Assembly (NCBI GenBank): GCA_039208735.1
Contig: JBCCQY010000122.1
Coordinates: forward strand, 1-27,696
DNA length: 27,696 nt
DNA from: Myxococcota bacterium
Lineage (GTDB): Bacteria; Myxococcota_A; UBA796; GCA-2862545
Direction of reading: 5' to 3'
Position numbers and translations under genes: made by a program. Below are positions 8,852-16,645 of this stretch, piece after piece. How positions within the stretch are numbered: the first letter of the stretch is position 1; every line of letters begins with the position of its first letter. The notes below the pieces were generated by a model. That model worked only from the letters and a program-made list of their open reading frames with translations, did no database searches and was not told the DNA's origin.

Positions 8852-9325
8852 ATGATCTTCGGCGGCGAGGTTTTGCAACAGGGCATCTCAGTCCTCTTCC
8901 TGTGCACCGGCAACTACTACCGCAGCCGGTATGCCGAGGTCCGACTTGAGAATTGGGCGAAACGGCACGGCTTGACATGGCAGGCGGAGAGTCGAGGGCT
9001 CGCCGTCGATTTTGAACAGAAAACGAACAAGGGCCCGATGTCGCCTTTCGCGATTTCACGTCTGAGTGAGCGGGGCATTGACCCAAGTGCCTATCTGCGG
9101 ATGCCCCAAGACCTCACGGTGGCTGACCTAGCCGAGCATCCACTTCGCATCGCGGTGGACCGGACGGAACACGTCCCGATGCTCGAACGCCGGTTCCCCG
9201 ATTGGGTCGATCACATCGAGTACTGGAACGTGGCCGACGGCAACCCGACCGACGCTCGACACCCGTTAGCCGAGATCGACCAGCACCTGGAAACGCTTTT
9301 CGATCGCCTGATGCTTCACGGCTGA
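8852..9325 (+). CDS. Low-molecular-weight protein tyrosine phosphatase family protein
   Basis: VLFLCTGNYYRS P-loop (CX5R), AESRGL and distal WNVAD. GGAGG SD at 8841-8845. Confidence 0.85.
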   Translation: MIFGGEVLQQGISVLFLCTGNYYRSRYAEVRLENWAKRHGLTWQAESRGLAVDFEQKTNKGPMSPFAISRLSERGIDPSAYLRMPQDLTVADLAEHPLRIAVDRTEHVPMLERRFPDWVDHIEYWNVADGNPTDARHPLAEIDQHLETLFDRLMLHG

Positions 9326-9461
9326 CGACCATGCTGGCCCCCGACAGCGTCAGGACTTCCGTCATGACGGACTCCCGGCCAGCGGCCATGACCCAGGACT
9401 GAAGTGGATCGCAGTCTTGGACCAATGTGTGCAGAGGCCCCGCGAACACGGGAGATTCGCG

Positions 9462-9851
9462 ATGCGCGGCATGAACAAGATCTTCTTGGTCGGACGGGTC
9501 GGTCAGGACCCTGACATTCGGCGGAGCAAACTCGGGCGGCCCTGGTGTCCCCTTCAAGTGGCTACCCAACGCGATGGCTGGGAGCCTGACGGCTCGTGTG
9601 TCGAACGGACGGACTGGCACGAGGTGCAGCTCGTGGGGCAAGCCGCCGACGTCGCGGAGCGCTGGGTCCGTCGAGGCACCATCGTCGCCGTCGAAGGAAC
9701 CCTGACCTACGACGCCTGGGAGGACGAGCACGGCCACCGTCACCGCCAGCCCACGATCCTGGCCAGCCGAATCGTCGTTTTGGGCCCGCGAACACCACAT
9801 GAGCCAAACCGCTACGCCCAGCTCCCTCCGGTTCATCAGCACCGTCCGTGA
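9462..9851 (+). CDS. ssb: Single-stranded DNA-binding protein (OB fold only, no acidic C-terminal tip)
   Basis: MNKIFLVGRVGQDP, ERTDWHEV, AVEGTL and WED motifs. GGAGA SD before ATG9462. Confidence 0.88.
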   Translation: MRGMNKIFLVGRVGQDPDIRRSKLGRPWCPLQVATQRDGWEPDGSCVERTDWHEVQLVGQAADVAERWVRRGTIVAVEGTLTYDAWEDEHGHRHRQPTILASRIVVLGPRTPHEPNRYAQLPPVHQHRP

Positions 9852-9921
9852 TACGGCGCCGGTGGCAGCCCCTGGATCCAACCGAACTCGGGAAGACCGG
9901 GAGGCCCGCTAAGGAGACATC

Positions 9922-10755
9922 GTGAAACAGAAGACCGTGTTGGACCTTCGCAAAATGAAGGCCGACAGCAAGAAGATCGTGATGATCACGGCGTACGACG
10001 CCACCATGGCGCGACTCGTCGACGCAGCCGGGGTCGACGTCATCCTCGTTGGCGACTCCTTGGGCATGGTGATCCAAGGCCACGACAGCACCCTACCGGT
10101 GACGCTCGACCACATGGTCTATCACTGCGCCAACGTCGCCCGCGGCACGAAGCGGGCCCATCTCGTGGGTGACATGCCATTTCTCACCTACCAAGTGTCG
10201 CCTGAAGATGCGCTCCGAGCGGCCGGCCGCCTGGTTCAGGAAGGCCAGGTGCAAAGCGTGAAGCTCGAGGGTGGTGAGCGCGTCGCGGAATCCATCCATC
10301 GCATCGTGGGAGCGGGCATCCCGGTCGTGGGCCACGTTGGCCTCACACCCCAGTCGGTGCACGCGATGGGGGGCTACCGCATTCAGGGCCGCACCGAAGC
10401 CGCCCAGGAACGATTGCTCGCCGATGCACGGGCCGTCGAAGACGCCGGGGCCTTCCTGTTGGTGCTCGAAGGCATTCCCACCGATGTCGCCAAGGCCATC
10501 ACCGACACCCTCACCATCCCCACCATCGGCATCGGGGCGGGTGTGCATTGCGACGGCCAAGTGCTGGTGAGCAACGACGTCCTCGGCATGGATCTGTCGT
10601 TTGAACCCCGCTTCGTAAAGCGGTTCGCCACCCTCGAGACCCACATCGTCGAGGCGGTGCAGGCCTATGCGGGAGAGGTTCGCGCAGCGTCGTTCCCCGC
10701 GGCGGAGCACAGCTTCGAACCAAAACCCAATCCACGCCTCGCCCGGCTGTATTGA
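9922..10755 (+). CDS. panB: 3-methyl-2-oxobutanoate hydroxymethyltransferase
   Basis: [33 protein letters not shown] and IGIGAG..CDGQVLV. AAGGAG SD and GTG start. Confidence 0.97.
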   Translation: MKQKTVLDLRKMKADSKKIVMITAYDATMARLVDAAGVDVILVGDSLGMVIQGHDSTLPVTLDHMVYHCANVARGTKRAHLVGDMPFLTYQVSPEDALRAAGRLVQEGQVQSVKLEGGERVAESIHRIVGAGIPVVGHVGLTPQSVHAMGGYRIQGRTEAAQERLLADARAVEDAGAFLLVLEGIPTDVAKAITDTLTIPTIGIGAGVHCDGQVLVSNDVLGMDLSFEPRFVKRFATLETHIVEAVQAYAGEVRAASFPAAEHSFEPKPNPRLARLY

Positions 10756-11591
10756 TGGAGATCGTGACCGAACCGGAGGCCATGCAGGCATGGGCTCGGG
10801 AGCATCGCCGCCCCGACGTCACCATCGGGTTCGTGCCCACGATGGGGTTCCTCCACGCAGGGCATCGGTCGCTGATGGATGCGCTGCGCCCCCGCGTTGA
10901 CCATTTGGTGGTCAGCATCTACGTGAATCCGCTGCAGTTTGGCCCCAACGAAGATCTCGACCGGTACCCTCGCGACCCGGAAGGCGACGCGGCGCTGTGC
11001 ACCGAGGCGGGGGCCGACGTGCTGTTCATGCCCACGTCGCTCTACCCGTCGGGCTTTGCGACGTCGGTGAGCGTCCACGGGCTCACCGAAGGCCTGTGTG
11101 GTGCGTCTCGTCCTGGGCACTTCGAGGGGGTCGCCACGGTGTGTGCGCGGCTCTTTGGGCTAACCGGGTGCACCCACGCGGCGTTTGGCGAAAAGGACTT
11201 TCAGCAGCTCGCGGTCATCCGACGCATGGTGACCGACCTTGCGATCGACCTGCAGATCGTCGGCTGTCCGCTCATTCGCGACGACCATGGTCTCGCGCTG
11301 AGCAGTCGCAACAAGTACCTGTCCGATGCCGATCGGAACCGAGCGCAAACCCTGTCCCGCGCGCTGTTTGCCATTCAAGACGCCGCGAACGATCCGCGCG
11401 ACGTGTCGCGGCTGCGGGCTCTGGGGGCGGGTATGATCGATAGTGATCGGCTCGAATACTTCGAAATCGTGGACGCCGCCTCGCTCGAGCCCCTTGCCAA
11501 ACTCACGAGCGGTCGACCCGCTCGAGCCTTGGTGGCTGCGCACTATGGCCAGACGCGCCTGATCGACAACGTGGCGGTGGAGGTAGGGTGA
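10755..11591 (+). CDS. panC: Pantoate--beta-alanine ligase
   Basis: FVPTMGFLHAGH, YVNPLQF, RPGHFEGV, FGEKDFQQ, LSSRN and RLIDN. The ATG overlaps the panB TGA. Confidence 0.97.
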   Translation: MEIVTEPEAMQAWAREHRRPDVTIGFVPTMGFLHAGHRSLMDALRPRVDHLVVSIYVNPLQFGPNEDLDRYPRDPEGDAALCTEAGADVLFMPTSLYPSGFATSVSVHGLTEGLCGASRPGHFEGVATVCARLFGLTGCTHAAFGEKDFQQLAVIRRMVTDLAIDLQIVGCPLIRDDHGLALSSRNKYLSDADRNRAQTLSRALFAIQDAANDPRDVSRLRALGAGMIDSDRLEYFEIVDAASLEPLAKLTSGRPARALVAAHYGQTRLIDNVAVEVG

Positions 11592-11920
11592 CGGTTGACC
11601 TGTGGGTGTTGTTTGCCGTCGTGGCGGCGTTGGGTGCCAACTCCATCCTCATGGCGTTGCCCATCGCGCGGCGGTCTGACACCTATTTCTGGGCCGTCAA
11701 CGGCTTCAACGTCCTCATGGGTTCCCTGATTTTGGGCTTTGGGCTGCCCGGCTTCGGGCACTTGCCGCCACCCGCCGACACGCTCATCAGCTTGATGGTC
11801 GGCGGGATGTTCTTCTTTCACGTGGCGCAGTTCTTCAACCACCGCGCCCGCTGGGCTCAGGAAGCACGCATCGAGGCGCGGGAAGCCCGCCGCGCCGAGC
11901 GTGATGCCGCCGAAGAGTAG
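11588..11920 (+). CDS. Small hypothetical membrane protein (about 3 TM, charged helical tail)
   Basis: GTGA overlap with the panC stop. Three hydrophobic segments, then an E/R/A-rich tail. Confidence 0.7.
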   Translation: MTVDLWVLFAVVAALGANSILMALPIARRSDTYFWAVNGFNVLMGSLILGFGLPGFGHLPPPADTLISLMVGGMFFFHVAQFFNHRARWAQEARIEAREARRAERDAAEE

Positions 11921-11946
11921 CGGGGGGTTACTCCGCCACTTCATCG

Positions 11947-12468
11947 CTAGGGTAGCAGCGGGTTTTCGATGAGCGCCTGCAGCGCGGCTCGAGCGGCTTC
12001 GCGCGGGGGAGCATCGGCTTCGGCCTCGCGGTACCGACCAAGACGAGTCCGAATCTGCGCTACGGTGTCCTCGACGACCTTGGCATCGCGGCGGCAGGGC
12101 ACCCATCGCGTGAGTCCGTCCCGAAAGTACAGGGCGATCCAAACCCCATGCGCTTCCACCGCCTCAAGGTCAGCGAAGGGCACAACCTCGCGCCGGGCCG
12201 GCGTTCCGTCGCCAGGCAGTTCCCGGCCGTAGCCCAAGACCAACCCGTGCGAGGCGATGGTCAACCAACGAGCATGACGTCGGACGACCCGCCAGAGAAC
12301 CCCGAGCACCAATGGAATGGCGACCAGGGTCCATCCGACCAAGGGAAAGCAGGCCGAAAGGTAGAGCACGACCCCCACCATCCAGGTGCCGCTGCCAGCA
12401 AGCAGGCTGTCCCGTCGAAGGTCGACGGTAGGGCCTTCGAACGGAGAATCCGGCGGAGCAGCAAACAT
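11947..12468 (-). CDS. Hypothetical membrane protein (2 TM plus small soluble domain, possibly bacterial PH-like)
   Basis: Two adjacent hydrophobic helices followed by LTIASHGLVL...VPFADLEAVE. Lies 48 bp downstream of the leuA-like gene. Confidence 0.6.
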   Translation of the reverse strand: MFAAPPDSPFEGPTVDLRRDSLLAGSGTWMVGVVLYLSACFPLVGWTLVAIPLVLGVLWRVVRRHARWLTIASHGLVLGYGRELPGDGTPARREVVPFADLEAVEAHGVWIALYFRDGLTRWVPCRRDAKVVEDTVAQIRTRLGRYREAEADAPPREAARAALQALIENPLLP

Positions 12469-12516
12469 AGAAACCTATGGTCTTGCGCTCCGATGACCGC
12501 AAGGCCCCGCAACTCG

Positions 12517-13746
12517 TCAGTGCGCGACCTGTCGCTCCACGAGGGCCGTGACTTCGGCATTTGAGAGGAGTCGGTTTTCTTTTTTGGCTGCGTCGAAGAT
12601 GACTTGTACAAGCCGCTCATCGACGGGATAGCCGCGCGCTTCGAGCCAGAAGCGGACGTTCGAAAGCCCAGATTGGTGGCCGATTTCGATTTCCTGTTGT
12701 CGTCCAAACCAGGCGGCAGGAACGCCGCTGTAAATCCGGTCCGCAAGCCACGCATCGCCCTTCGCCTGCGCCTTGATCACCGCGGCGGCATGGACGCCCG
12801 TGCCGGTACGGAACGCGTCTCGCCCAAACACGGGGTAGCTCACAGGAATCGGCACCTCGACATGGCGACTCACGAGGTCCACCAGCTCGGCCAAACTGGC
12901 CAATTCGGCCGTCGGCAGACCCTCGAGCTTGAGGTTGACCAGCATGAGGTCGACGGGGGTGTTGCCCACCCGCTCGCCCACCCCAAGCACCGTGCCATGG
13001 ACCCGGTCGCACCCCGCGTCGGCCGCAACCAGTCCATTCACCAAGGCCAACCCGCGATCGTTGTGCCCATGCCAGTCGAGCAGCACCCGGTCGCGAACCC
13101 CGAGTCCCCGCAGGTGGGCATCCACCCAGCCCACGAGGTTGCGCACGCCCTCGGGGGTGACGTGACCCACCGTGTCGCAAAGCACCAGGCGCGTCGCTCC
13201 CTCCTCCACGGCGGCATCGAACAGGCGCCGCAGCGTTTTGGGATGGGACCGGACGGTGTCTTCGGTGACGAAGCTCATCGGCAGGCCTGCTTCGACCCCC
13301 ATGCGAATGGCCGTGCGCGTCAGCGACTCGAGTCGGTCCTCATCCCACGATTCGGCGAGCATGCGGATGGGTGAGGACCCGAGAAAGGTCATGATTTCGA
13401 TGGGCACACCGGTCTTTTGACTGATCTCAATGACCGGAGCGATGTCGTTGGGATGGGTCCGTGCCGCACACCCCACGCGGATGGGCAGCTTTTCGTCCCG
13501 CACCATTTCGACCAGCCGCATGGAGTCTTCAACCGCTCGGGGACCTGCACCGGGCAGGCCTACGTCGACGCTGTCGACTCCGAGCTTCGCGAGGAGGCGG
13601 ACGATGTCTTCCTTGACCTCAATGCTCGGATCCGTGACCGAAGGGCACTGGATGCCGTCGCGTAAGGTCTCGTCGTGAAGTTCAACCTTCTTGGCCGAGA
13701 ACTGTGCAGTGCCCTCGACATTCCAGTCGTACATCATGTCGTCCAT
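12517..13746 (-). CDS. LeuA-family DRE-TIM Claisen-condensing enzyme (isopropylmalate/homocitrate/citramalate synthase-like), short form without regulatory domain
   Basis: HDETLRDGIQ, LCDTVG, HGHNDRGLA and GVGERVGN. 409 aa. AGGAG SD. Confidence 0.88.
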   Translation of the reverse strand: MDDMMYDWNVEGTAQFSAKKVELHDETLRDGIQCPSVTDPSIEVKEDIVRLLAKLGVDSVDVGLPGAGPRAVEDSMRLVEMVRDEKLPIRVGCAARTHPNDIAPVIEISQKTGVPIEIMTFLGSSPIRMLAESWDEDRLESLTRTAIRMGVEAGLPMSFVTEDTVRSHPKTLRRLFDAAVEEGATRLVLCDTVGHVTPEGVRNLVGWVDAHLRGLGVRDRVLLDWHGHNDRGLALVNGLVAADAGCDRVHGTVLGVGERVGNTPVDLMLVNLKLEGLPTAELASLAELVDLVSRHVEVPIPVSYPVFGRDAFRTGTGVHAAAVIKAQAKGDAWLADRIYSGVPAAWFGRQQEIEIGHQSGLSNVRFWLEARGYPVDERLVQVIFDAAKKENRLLSNAEVTALVERQVAH

Positions 13747-13767
13747 GATCGCTCCTGTGCTGTTGCG

Positions 13768-14964
13768 TCAGACCGCCTCGACGATGACCGCGATGCCCTG
13801 TCCGCCGCCGATGCAGGCAGACCCCAGGCCGTAGCGCTCACCTCGGCGACGCAATTCGTGAATCAGCGTGGCGGTGATCCGAGCTCCCGAAGCGCCCAAC
13901 GGGTGCGCCACGGAGATCGCTCCGCCGTTGACGTTGGTGATCGAGCGATCGAGGCCAAGCTCCTTTTCGACCGCGATATATTGGGCGGCAAACGCCTCAT
14001 TCACCTCGATCAGGGCCATATCATCAAGCCCCAGGCCCGACATTTCGAAGGCACGACGAGCCGCGGGCACAGGGCCGATGCCCATGATCGTGGGATCGCA
14101 TCCCGAAACCCCCCAGCCCACCAGGCGTGCGATTGGCGTGAGACCTTTGCTTTCCGCCCACTCGCCGTCGGCCAGCACCAGGCTCGCCGCCCCATCGCCA
14201 ATGCCGCTCGCGGTACCGGCGGTCACGGTGCCATTTTCCTTAAAGACGGGCGGGAGCTTGGCCATGCCCTCGGGCGTAGCGGCTCGTGGGTGTTCGTCGA
14301 CCTCGAAAGTCACCATGCCCTTGCGCGTCTTGATCTCGATGGGCACGATCTCATCAGCAAACCTGCCCGCCTCATGAGCCGCGGCCCACCGTTGCTGGGA
14401 AAGCAAGCCGTACGCATCCGCATCCTCGCGGGAGATTCCGTACTTCTCGGCCAAGTTCTCCGCGGTGATGGCCATGGGCATCTTGGTGTGGGTGTCGGTC
14501 AACGACTCCCAAAGGAGGTCTTGCATCTTGGGCGACTTGCCGAACCGCGCCCCATCCCGCAGGCCGTACATCACGTGGGGCGCCATGCTCATGTTTTCCG
14601 TGCCCCCACAGAGCACTGCCTTCGCCTGCCCGGTGAGAATCTCGGAGGCTCCGGTGACCAAGGCCTGGAACCCCGAACCACACAGCCGGTTCACGGTGAG
14701 CGCGGGAACTTGTTGCGGCACATCGGCGTGCAGCCCGACGTGGCGGGCCAGGTAAATCGCATCGTTGCTCGTCTGAAGCACGTTGCCGTAGACCACGTGA
14801 TCGATGTCGTCGGGGGCGACCCCGGCCTTCGTGAGCGCAGCCTTCGCGGTATGGGTGGCGATCTCGGTGGCGGTCAGCTTCTTGAGCGACCCGCCCATCG
14901 TGCCGAAAGCCGTCCGCACCCCTGAGAGGATGACGAGCTCGCGCGAAGCGACATTGAGGGCCAT
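13768..14964 (-). CDS. Thiolase (acetyl-CoA C-acyltransferase)
   Basis: NRLCGSG (nucleophile Cys), GGTENMS, EVNEAFA, AHPLGASG and SACIGGGQG. AAGGAG SD. Confidence 0.95.
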   Translation of the reverse strand: MALNVASRELVILSGVRTAFGTMGGSLKKLTATEIATHTAKAALTKAGVAPDDIDHVVYGNVLQTSNDAIYLARHVGLHADVPQQVPALTVNRLCGSGFQALVTGASEILTGQAKAVLCGGTENMSMAPHVMYGLRDGARFGKSPKMQDLLWESLTDTHTKMPMAITAENLAEKYGISREDADAYGLLSQQRWAAAHEAGRFADEIVPIEIKTRKGMVTFEVDEHPRAATPEGMAKLPPVFKENGTVTAGTASGIGDGAASLVLADGEWAESKGLTPIARLVGWGVSGCDPTIMGIGPVPAARRAFEMSGLGLDDMALIEVNEAFAAQYIAVEKELGLDRSITNVNGGAISVAHPLGASGARITATLIHELRRRGERYGLGSACIGGGQGIAVIVEAV

Positions 14965-15011
14965 GATGCTTGCTCCTTATTCAGTCATTGAGGGCCCTAA
15001 CCCCCCGCAGG

Positions 15012-16067
15012 CTAGCCCCACGCCAGGCGCGCAAGCAGGGCGTCCGTGACCTCGGAAGTGGCGAGGGTCCCACCGATCTCTTTTGTGACCTCATCGTTTT
15101 CGAGACAACCACGAACCGCATCCTGAATCGCGATTTCAAGGTCCGGGTACCCAAGGTGCTGCAGCAGCATGCCTACCGACAGGAAGGTGGCGATGGGATT
15201 GGCAATCCCTTGTCTGGCGATGTCGGGGGCACTGCCGTGAACGGGTTCGAACAGCGACACCTGGCCCGGATGCACGTTGCCAGAGGCCGCAAGCCCGATG
15301 CCTCCCTGGAGCTGCGCTCCAAGATCCGTCACGATGTCGCCAAACAAGTTGTTGGTGACCACCACATCGAACCGTTCGGGCGCCCGGACCATCTCCATGC
15401 ACAGCACATCCACATACAAGTGGAAGGGCTCGATCTTGGGATATTCCTCGGCTATCGCGCGGAAGGTGCGCTGCCATAGATCGTGCCCATGCCGCATGGC
15501 ATTCGATTTGTCGGACATGCAGACCGAAGGCAGATCGTGCTTGTCCGCGTAGGCGAAGGCCGCCCGAATGATGCGCTCCACCCCTTTGCGAGTGTTGATC
15601 TCGGCCTCGATCGCCACTTCATCGGAGGTGTCACGCTTGAACTGTCCGCCCACGCCGGTGTACAGCCCTTCCGTGTTCTCCCGAAACACCACGAAATTGA
15701 TGTCGTCGACACCTTTCCCAACCAGCGGACTTCTCCGCCCATCGAGCAACCGAATGGGGCGAAAGTTCACGAACAGATCGAGCTGAAACCGACATCCAAG
15801 CAAGATGTCCTTGGCGTGGACGTTCGACGGAACTCGAGCATCTCCGAGCGCGCCGAGGAAGATCGCATCAACCTGGTCGCGAAAGTGCGCCATGAGTTCG
15901 GGCGGCATGGTCGTGCCGTCGCGCAGATAGCGCTCAGCCCCAAGGTCGTGCTCTTCGAGGGTCAATTCGAAGCCCTCATGAGCCGCCGCCGCCCGAAGCA
16001 CTCGAAGGCCCTCGGCAATCACTTCAGGTCCGATGCCATCGCCGCCGATGACCGCGACGCGCGCCAT
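15012..16067 (-). CDS. Beta-decarboxylating dehydrogenase, LeuB type-2 / tartrate / homoisocitrate dehydrogenase-like
   Basis: GDGIGPEV, RENTEGLY, DKSN, NLFGDIVTD and EPVHGSAPDIA...ANP. Strong SD GGAGGAAGGAG. Confidence 0.9.
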   Translation of the reverse strand: MARVAVIGGDGIGPEVIAEGLRVLRAAAAHEGFELTLEEHDLGAERYLRDGTTMPPELMAHFRDQVDAIFLGALGDARVPSNVHAKDILLGCRFQLDLFVNFRPIRLLDGRRSPLVGKGVDDINFVVFRENTEGLYTGVGGQFKRDTSDEVAIEAEINTRKGVERIIRAAFAYADKHDLPSVCMSDKSNAMRHGHDLWQRTFRAIAEEYPKIEPFHLYVDVLCMEMVRAPERFDVVVTNNLFGDIVTDLGAQLQGGIGLAASGNVHPGQVSLFEPVHGSAPDIARQGIANPIATFLSVGMLLQHLGYPDLEIAIQDAVRGCLENDEVTKEIGGTLATSEVTDALLARLAWG

Positions 16068-16147
16068 CTCCTTCCTCCATTGCCACCATTACGCGGGGCA
16101 CCCAGCTTACACCGGGGCGTCCTGGATCGGTTGCGACAAACCCACGA

Positions 16148-16163
16148 AATGTATATGCAAGTC
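16148..16163. promoter_or_regulatory. Candidate MarR operator 1 (AAATGTATATGCAAGT) immediately before the marR start
   Basis: AT-rich imperfect palindrome TGTATATGCA at 16150-16159 in GC-rich DNA. It matches site 2 at 13/16 positions in reverse complement. Confidence 0.6.
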
Positions 16164-16165
16164 GA

Positions 16166-16609
16166 ATGAGCGAGCCCCCGCGAACCCCCGCCGACGTCGC
16201 TGCCGACATCACCTCCCACTGTTTGGCGATGCGGGTGCGCATGATCGAACGCGCCTTCACCAAGCGCTACACCGAGGTGACCGCTCAACATGGAGCGACC
16301 GTGGCCCAGATGACGTTGCTCGCCGCGATTACGCGGGTGCCCGGCGTGCGCGCCGCGGATCTCTCGAGTCGACTCATCCTCGACGCATCCACGTTGTCGA
16401 GGAACCTCGACCGACTCGAGCGCATGGGCTGGATCGAGGTTCGCAAGGGAGAGGGCCGAAACCGTCATCTCTTCGTCACGTCGCAAGGGGAAGCGATCCT
16501 CTTGGCCATCGACGACGGGTGGCGTGCGGTCCAAGCTGAAATGCACGCGTTGCTGGGCGAACAGGCCGATGCCGTGGCCTCGATCGCTCAGGCGGTCCAA
16601 GACCGCTGA
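16166..16609 (+). CDS. MarR-family winged-helix transcriptional regulator
   Basis: CLAMRVRMIER, TVAQMTLL, LDASTLSRNLDRLERMGWIE and LFVTSQG. Confidence 0.92.
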   Translation: MSEPPRTPADVAADITSHCLAMRVRMIERAFTKRYTEVTAQHGATVAQMTLLAAITRVPGVRAADLSSRLILDASTLSRNLDRLERMGWIEVRKGEGRNRHLFVTSQGEAILLAIDDGWRAVQAEMHALLGEQADAVASIAQAVQDR

Positions 16610-16645
16610 CCTTCGCGGGAGTTCCCGCCCAACCCGGAGACCCAC

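Noticed and set aside
8852..9325. Arsenate reductase ArsC call
   Set aside because: Only one Cys is present and there are no ars genes nearby.
11920..11946. Small hairpin GCGGGG-ggtta-CTCCGC between convergent genes as an intrinsic terminator
   Set aside because: Short stem and no U-tract on either strand, so too weak to call.
12575..12585. A-rich run (AAAAAAGAAAA on the minus strand) as a programmed frameshift site in the leuA-like gene
   Set aside because: It simply encodes KKEN near the natural C-terminus, and no alternative frame yields a recognisable regulatory domain.
12517..16067. Assigning the symbols leuA and leuB (leucine biosynthesis)
   Set aside because: No leuCD, atypical motifs and no regulatory domain. 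The family is clear but the substrate is not.
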